From the NCBI GenBank assembly GCA_029945855.1, contig JAQSDJ010000324.1, forward strand, positions 40,101-104,100: a DNA stretch of 64,000 nt, read 5' to 3'. The translations under genes and the position numbers were made by a program. This document shows, one piece after another, positions 60,061 through 64,000 of this stretch; the first letter of the stretch is position 1, and each line of letters begins with the position of its first letter. The DNA is from Lacunisphaera sp. (GTDB lineage: Bacteria > Verrucomicrobiota > Verrucomicrobiia > Opitutales > Opitutaceae). The notes under the pieces are model-generated. The model was not told where the DNA came from and ran no database searches. It saw nothing but the letters and a program-made list of their open reading frames with translations.

Positions 60061-62064
60061 ATGCACCACCTGTGCCGTCCGGTTTCCTGCATCACCCGCA
60101 TTCTTATTACTGCGCTCGCGCTGATTTGCGCCGGCAGTCTCCACGCAGCCAATCCCCCTGCCGTGCCGGTGGAAGCTTTCTTCGCCGAGCCGGATGTCCG
60201 CTCGCTCCAGGTCTCGCCCGACGGCCAATACCTGGCGTTCCTCACCACGCTCGGGACCGGCAAGGTGGGCATCGCGCTCATGCATCTCGACACTGGAAAG
60301 GTGGAGCCGCTCGTCGGCGCCAAGGACGAGAACATCGAGTTCTATTTCTGGAAAGGCAGCGAGTGGATCGTCTATGGCGGCGACCTCGGCGGCAACGAGT
60401 CGGCCGCCCTGCGTTCCATCAGCATCGGCAAACGCAAGGTCGTGGCGCTGGCCGAGTCGTTCCGCGAGCGCTACTCGGACCGCGCCAACGAGGCGGGTAT
60501 CATCGACCAGCTCCGGTTCGATCCCTACCGTATCATGATCCAAGGCATCAAGAGCGTCGGCAGCTACAATTTCGGCGTGTGGCTGCTCGATGTCCGCACC
60601 GGCGAGCGACGCGCGGTCGGCAGCTATGATCCGAAGGACGACACGCAGGACCTCGCCGTGGACAACCACGGGGTGATCCGCGGCCGCAGCTATCTCTACG
60701 GGGACAAGGTCGTCTTCGAGGTGCGGCCTGAAGCGGACAGCGGCTTCGTCAAGGTCGCGGAATTTCCCGCCAACAACCCCCAGTGGCGGTTCGACCGTTT
60801 CACGGCGGACAACGAGAACCTCTATCTCATCAGCACCGCACAAACGGACACGGGGGCCCTGCACGCCCTGAACCTCCGCACCCGCCAGCTCGGCCCCGTG
60901 CTCTTCCACAATCCGGCGGGAGAGATCGAATCCGTGCTGACCTCCTGGGACCGCAGCAAATTCTACGGCGTCAGTTACGAGACCGACAAGTCTTACTACC
61001 ACTTCGCCGACCCGGGCCGCACGGACCTGCAGCAGAAGATCGACGCCTCGCTGCCCGGCACCCACAACCGCATCACCAGCAGTTCCGCGGATGAGAAGAT
61101 CATGGTGGTGTTCGCCGCCAGCGACCGCGATCCCGGCACCTACTATCTGCTCAACCTGCGCTCGCCGGCCCTGATGATGATCGGCAAGTTCAACCGGCGC
61201 ATCAATCCCGCCAACATGCAGCCCATGGTGCCGGTCTCCTATCAGTCGCGCGACGGGCTGACCATCCACGGTTACCTCACCCGGCCGGCCGGCACGGAGG
61301 GCAAGGCCGGACCGTTGATCATCCATCCGCACGGCGGGCCGTTTGGCGTGCGCGACAGCTGGGATTTCAACCCCGAGGTGCAGCTGCTGGCCAACCGCGG
61401 CTACAGCGTGCTCCAGATCAACTATCGCGGTTCCGGCGGCTACGGCTACGGCTTCATGAAGGCCGGCCAGCGCGAGTGGGGCGGCAAGATGCAGGACGAT
61501 CTGTCCGACGGCGTGCAGTGGGCGGTGGCGCAAGGCATCGCCGACCCCCAGCGCGTGGCGATCTACGGCGCCAGCTACGGTGGTTACGCCGCCCTTGCCG
61601 GCGTCACTTTCACCCCCGAGCTGTATTGCTGCGCCGTCAACTATGTCGGCGTCTCCGACCTCGGCCTTATCACCAGCTGGGCCCGCGGCCGCTTCGGCCG
61701 GGGCAACGACATGTTCTACCGCGAGTGGGTGGGCGATGACAAAACCTACAAGCACGACCGCTCGCCGGTGAATTTCGTCGAGCGCATCCGGGTGCCCACA
61801 CTGCACGCCTACGGCTTCAACGATCCCCGGGTGGAGATCGAGAACTGGACCCGCCTGGAGGCCCGGCTCAAACAATTCAACAAACCTTACGAAGTCATCA
61901 TTCAAGGCGACGAGGGGCACGGCTTCCGCAACGAGGCCGGCCGGATCGCCTATTACGCCCGGCTGGAGGCCTTTCTCGCGCAGCATCTGGCCGGCGGCAA
62001 CCCGTCGACACGGCTTGCCCCGATGGAAATCCTGGAAATGCCCGCCAAGGAAAAATCCCACTGA
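60061..62064 (+). CDS. Exported S9-family peptidase
   Basis: Signal peptide, PHGGP, NYRGSGGYG, GASYGG, NDPRV, EGHGF; start at 60061 tentative. Confidence 0.95.
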   Translation: MHHLCRPVSCITRILITALALICAGSLHAANPPAVPVEAFFAEPDVRSLQVSPDGQYLAFLTTLGTGKVGIALMHLDTGKVEPLVGAKDENIEFYFWKGSEWIVYGGDLGGNESAALRSISIGKRKVVALAESFRERYSDRANEAGIIDQLRFDPYRIMIQGIKSVGSYNFGVWLLDVRTGERRAVGSYDPKDDTQDLAVDNHGVIRGRSYLYGDKVVFEVRPEADSGFVKVAEFPANNPQWRFDRFTADNENLYLISTAQTDTGALHALNLRTRQLGPVLFHNPAGEIESVLTSWDRSKFYGVSYETDKSYYHFADPGRTDLQQKIDASLPGTHNRITSSSADEKIMVVFAASDRDPGTYYLLNLRSPALMMIGKFNRRINPANMQPMVPVSYQSRDGLTIHGYLTRPAGTEGKAGPLIIHPHGGPFGVRDSWDFNPEVQLLANRGYSVLQINYRGSGGYGYGFMKAGQREWGGKMQDDLSDGVQWAVAQGIADPQRVAIYGASYGGYAALAGVTFTPELYCCAVNYVGVSDLGLITSWARGRFGRGNDMFYREWVGDDKTYKHDRSPVNFVERIRVPTLHAYGFNDPRVEIENWTRLEARLKQFNKPYEVIIQGDEGHGFRNEAGRIAYYARLEAFLAQHLAGGNPSTRLAPMEILEMPAKEKSH

Positions 62065-62157
62065 GCGAGCCTGGCCCGGCGTTTGTTTCCCCCGGCGGAG
62101 TCGTTTGACTCCGCCGGTTTCGCGTCCGACCCTCGCGCCCTCCCCTTCCCCTTGGCC

Positions 62158-63474
62158 ATGACGCTCAACCCGACCCACGATCCTGCGCGCCTCAGCTGGC
62201 TCGAGTCCGCCCATGCCGCAACGACGGATTTTCCGCTGCAGAATCTGCCCTATGGTGCGTTTCGCCGGGCAGTGGCTTCGCCCGCGCTCCTCGGTGTGGC
62301 GATCGGCGACCGCATCCTCGATCTCCACGCAGCCGCCGCCGCCGGCCTGCTGCCCGGCACCGTCGCCGCGGCCTGCCAGCAGCCCACGCTCAACGCGCTG
62401 ATGGCCCTCGGCGCGCCCGCCTGGTCCGCCCTCCGCGCCCGCCTGAGTGCACTCCTTGGCGCCGATTCGTGTCCGGCCGGGGCGCTGCGCGACCGTGTCG
62501 CCGCGTGTCTCGTGCCCATGCGTGAGGTCACGATGCTCCTGCCCGCGGCGATCGGCGACTACACGGATTTCTACGCTTCCGTTTTTCACGCCACCAACGT
62601 CGGCGCGATGTTCCGGCCCGGCCAGCCGCTGCTGCCCAACTACAAGTGGGTGCCCATCGGCTATCACGGCCGGAGTTCGTCGATCATGGTCAGCGGCATG
62701 CTCGTCCGCCGGCCGCACGGCCAGACCCGGGCCGCGACGGAAGGATCGCCGGCCTTCGGTCCCAGCCAAAGCCTCGACTACGAACTCGAACTGGGGGCCT
62801 TTGTCGGCCCGGGCAACCAGCTGGGTGAACCCATCCCGCTGGCGTCGGCCGCCGACCAGCTTTTCGGCGTCGTGCTGCTCAACGACTGGTCGGCGCGCGA
62901 CATCCAGTCGTGGGAATACCAGCCCCTCGGGCCGTTCCTCGCGAAAAATTTCGCCACCACGATTTCTCCGTGGGTGGTCACCCTGGAGGCACTTGCCCCG
63001 TTCCGCGTCCCGGTCTTTTCCCGGCCGGCGGCCGACCCGGCCCCCCTGCCCTATCTCAGCGACCCGGGCGACGCCACGCTCGGCGGCCTTGATCTCCACT
63101 TGGAGGCCTGGCTCCTCACGCCGCGGATGCGCGCGACCGGCGCACCGCCGCACCGGCTGTCCGCCGGCAATTTCCAAAAAATGTATTGGACGCTCGCGCA
63201 GCTGCTGACGCATCACGCCAGCAACGGCTGCAACCTGCGACCGGGCGATCTGCTCGGCAGCGGCACCGTCTCGGGCGAGACGAAGGATTCGCGCGGCTGC
63301 CTGCTCGAACTGACCGCGCGCGGCACCGAGCCAATCCATCTGCCCGACGGCGAGACCCGCGGCTTTTTGCAGGACGGGGACGAAATCATCCTGCGCGGTC
63401 ACGCTGAGCGCGCCGGGGCGCGGCGCATCGGGCTCGGCGAATGCCGGGGCCTCGTGGTGCCGGCCGCGGATTGA
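62158..63474 (+). CDS. fahA: Fumarylacetoacetase
   Basis: FPLQNLPYG, GDYTDFYAS..HATNVG, PIGYHGRSSS, LDYELE, LNDWSARDIQ, PLGPFLAKNF, GSGTVSG. Confidence 0.95.
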   Translation: MTLNPTHDPARLSWLESAHAATTDFPLQNLPYGAFRRAVASPALLGVAIGDRILDLHAAAAAGLLPGTVAAACQQPTLNALMALGAPAWSALRARLSALLGADSCPAGALRDRVAACLVPMREVTMLLPAAIGDYTDFYASVFHATNVGAMFRPGQPLLPNYKWVPIGYHGRSSSIMVSGMLVRRPHGQTRAATEGSPAFGPSQSLDYELELGAFVGPGNQLGEPIPLASAADQLFGVVLLNDWSARDIQSWEYQPLGPFLAKNFATTISPWVVTLEALAPFRVPVFSRPAADPAPLPYLSDPGDATLGGLDLHLEAWLLTPRMRATGAPPHRLSAGNFQKMYWTLAQLLTHHASNGCNLRPGDLLGSGTVSGETKDSRGCLLELTARGTEPIHLPDGETRGFLQDGDEIILRGHAERAGARRIGLGECRGLVVPAAD

Positions 63475-63550
63475 CGGCACCCCGCCTTCGCGGACCGGGC
63501 GTTCGTCGCTGCCGGCTCGCCTCTCGGCGGTCCCGAGACAAACTGCGTCC

Positions 63551-64000
63551 ATGAACAAACGCATTGTCATCGGTCTGTTCCTCGCCGTCCTGTCCGCCTT
63601 GACCCCCGCGCAGGCCGCGCCCGACAAGGAAAAGCTCAAGGCCGAGGTCGCCGCCATGGAGGACGCTTTCTGCGCCATGGCCAAGGCGCAGGGCATCAAT
63701 GCCGCCTTCGCGCATTTCGCGGCGCCCGATGTCGCGTTCATCGACACCGATCCGCGGAAATTCCGCGGCCCCGCCGCCGTGCAGGAGCGCATGGGGCCCG
63801 ACCAGCCGGGCGTGTCACTCACGTGGTCAGCGTATTTCACCGACGTCTCGGACGACGGCACCCTCGGCTACAACTACGGCCGCTTTGAATCTCGCCGCCC
63901 CGGGCGCGACGGCCAGGAAGTCGTGCGCGGCGGCTGGTTCCTGAGCATCTGGAAACGCCAGCCCGACGGCGCCTGGAAATACGTCATGGACACCGGTGTC
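63551..64000 (+). CDS. Exported NTF2-like / DUF4440 protein (runs off window edge)
   Basis: MNKRIVIGLFLAVLSALTPAQA signal; SDDGTLGYNYG and FLSIWKRQPDGAWKYVMDTG motifs; absent from the ORF track because it has no stop in the window. Confidence 0.8.
   Translation, partial: MNKRIVIGLFLAVLSALTPAQAAPDKEKLKAEVAAMEDAFCAMAKAQGINAAFAHFAAPDVAFIDTDPRKFRGPAAVQERMGPDQPGVSLTWSAYFTDVSDDGTLGYNYGRFESRRPGRDGQEVVRGGWFLSIWKRQPDGAWKYVMDTGV

Overview
High-GC bacterial chromosome segment. The gene content (PEP-CTERM protein, many TonB-dependent receptors, MCE operon, weak Shine-Dalgarno signals) suggests Verrucomicrobiota/Opitutaceae; this is an inference. Housekeeping core: sdhC (partial), purU, carB, pilC-like, rsmE, rsmD, mlaEFD-like, argG, argCJ-hss-odc-argBDF, rplM-rpsI, cca, tal, fahA, tRNA-Pro(UGG), tRNA-Gly(UCC). 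The most striking accessory locus lies just downstream of tRNA-Gly. It has a 62-aa Cys-rich peptide ORF followed by a compact standalone YcaO-like gene, divergent from a beta-propeller/Y_Y_Y hybrid histidine kinase and a convergent NarL/LuxR regulator. This is a candidate YcaO-modified peptide (RiPP) signalling module; the sensor half of the kinase has visibly lower GC than its kinase half. Other notable items: a sigma54-activator-like protein with all ATPase motifs degenerate; an orphan OppA-like protein translationally coupled to a LytS/LytTR pair upstream of two TBDRs sharing an 87-bp regulatory module; a second TBDR pair flanked by S9 peptidases; a Trp/Pro-repeat protein heading the MCE operon; and three REP-like palindrome families, one copy lying in frame inside a coding sequence. 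No integrase, transposase, CRISPR array or rRNA was found. Starts were adjusted by eye from the ORF track; all family assignments come from motif recognition, not database searches.
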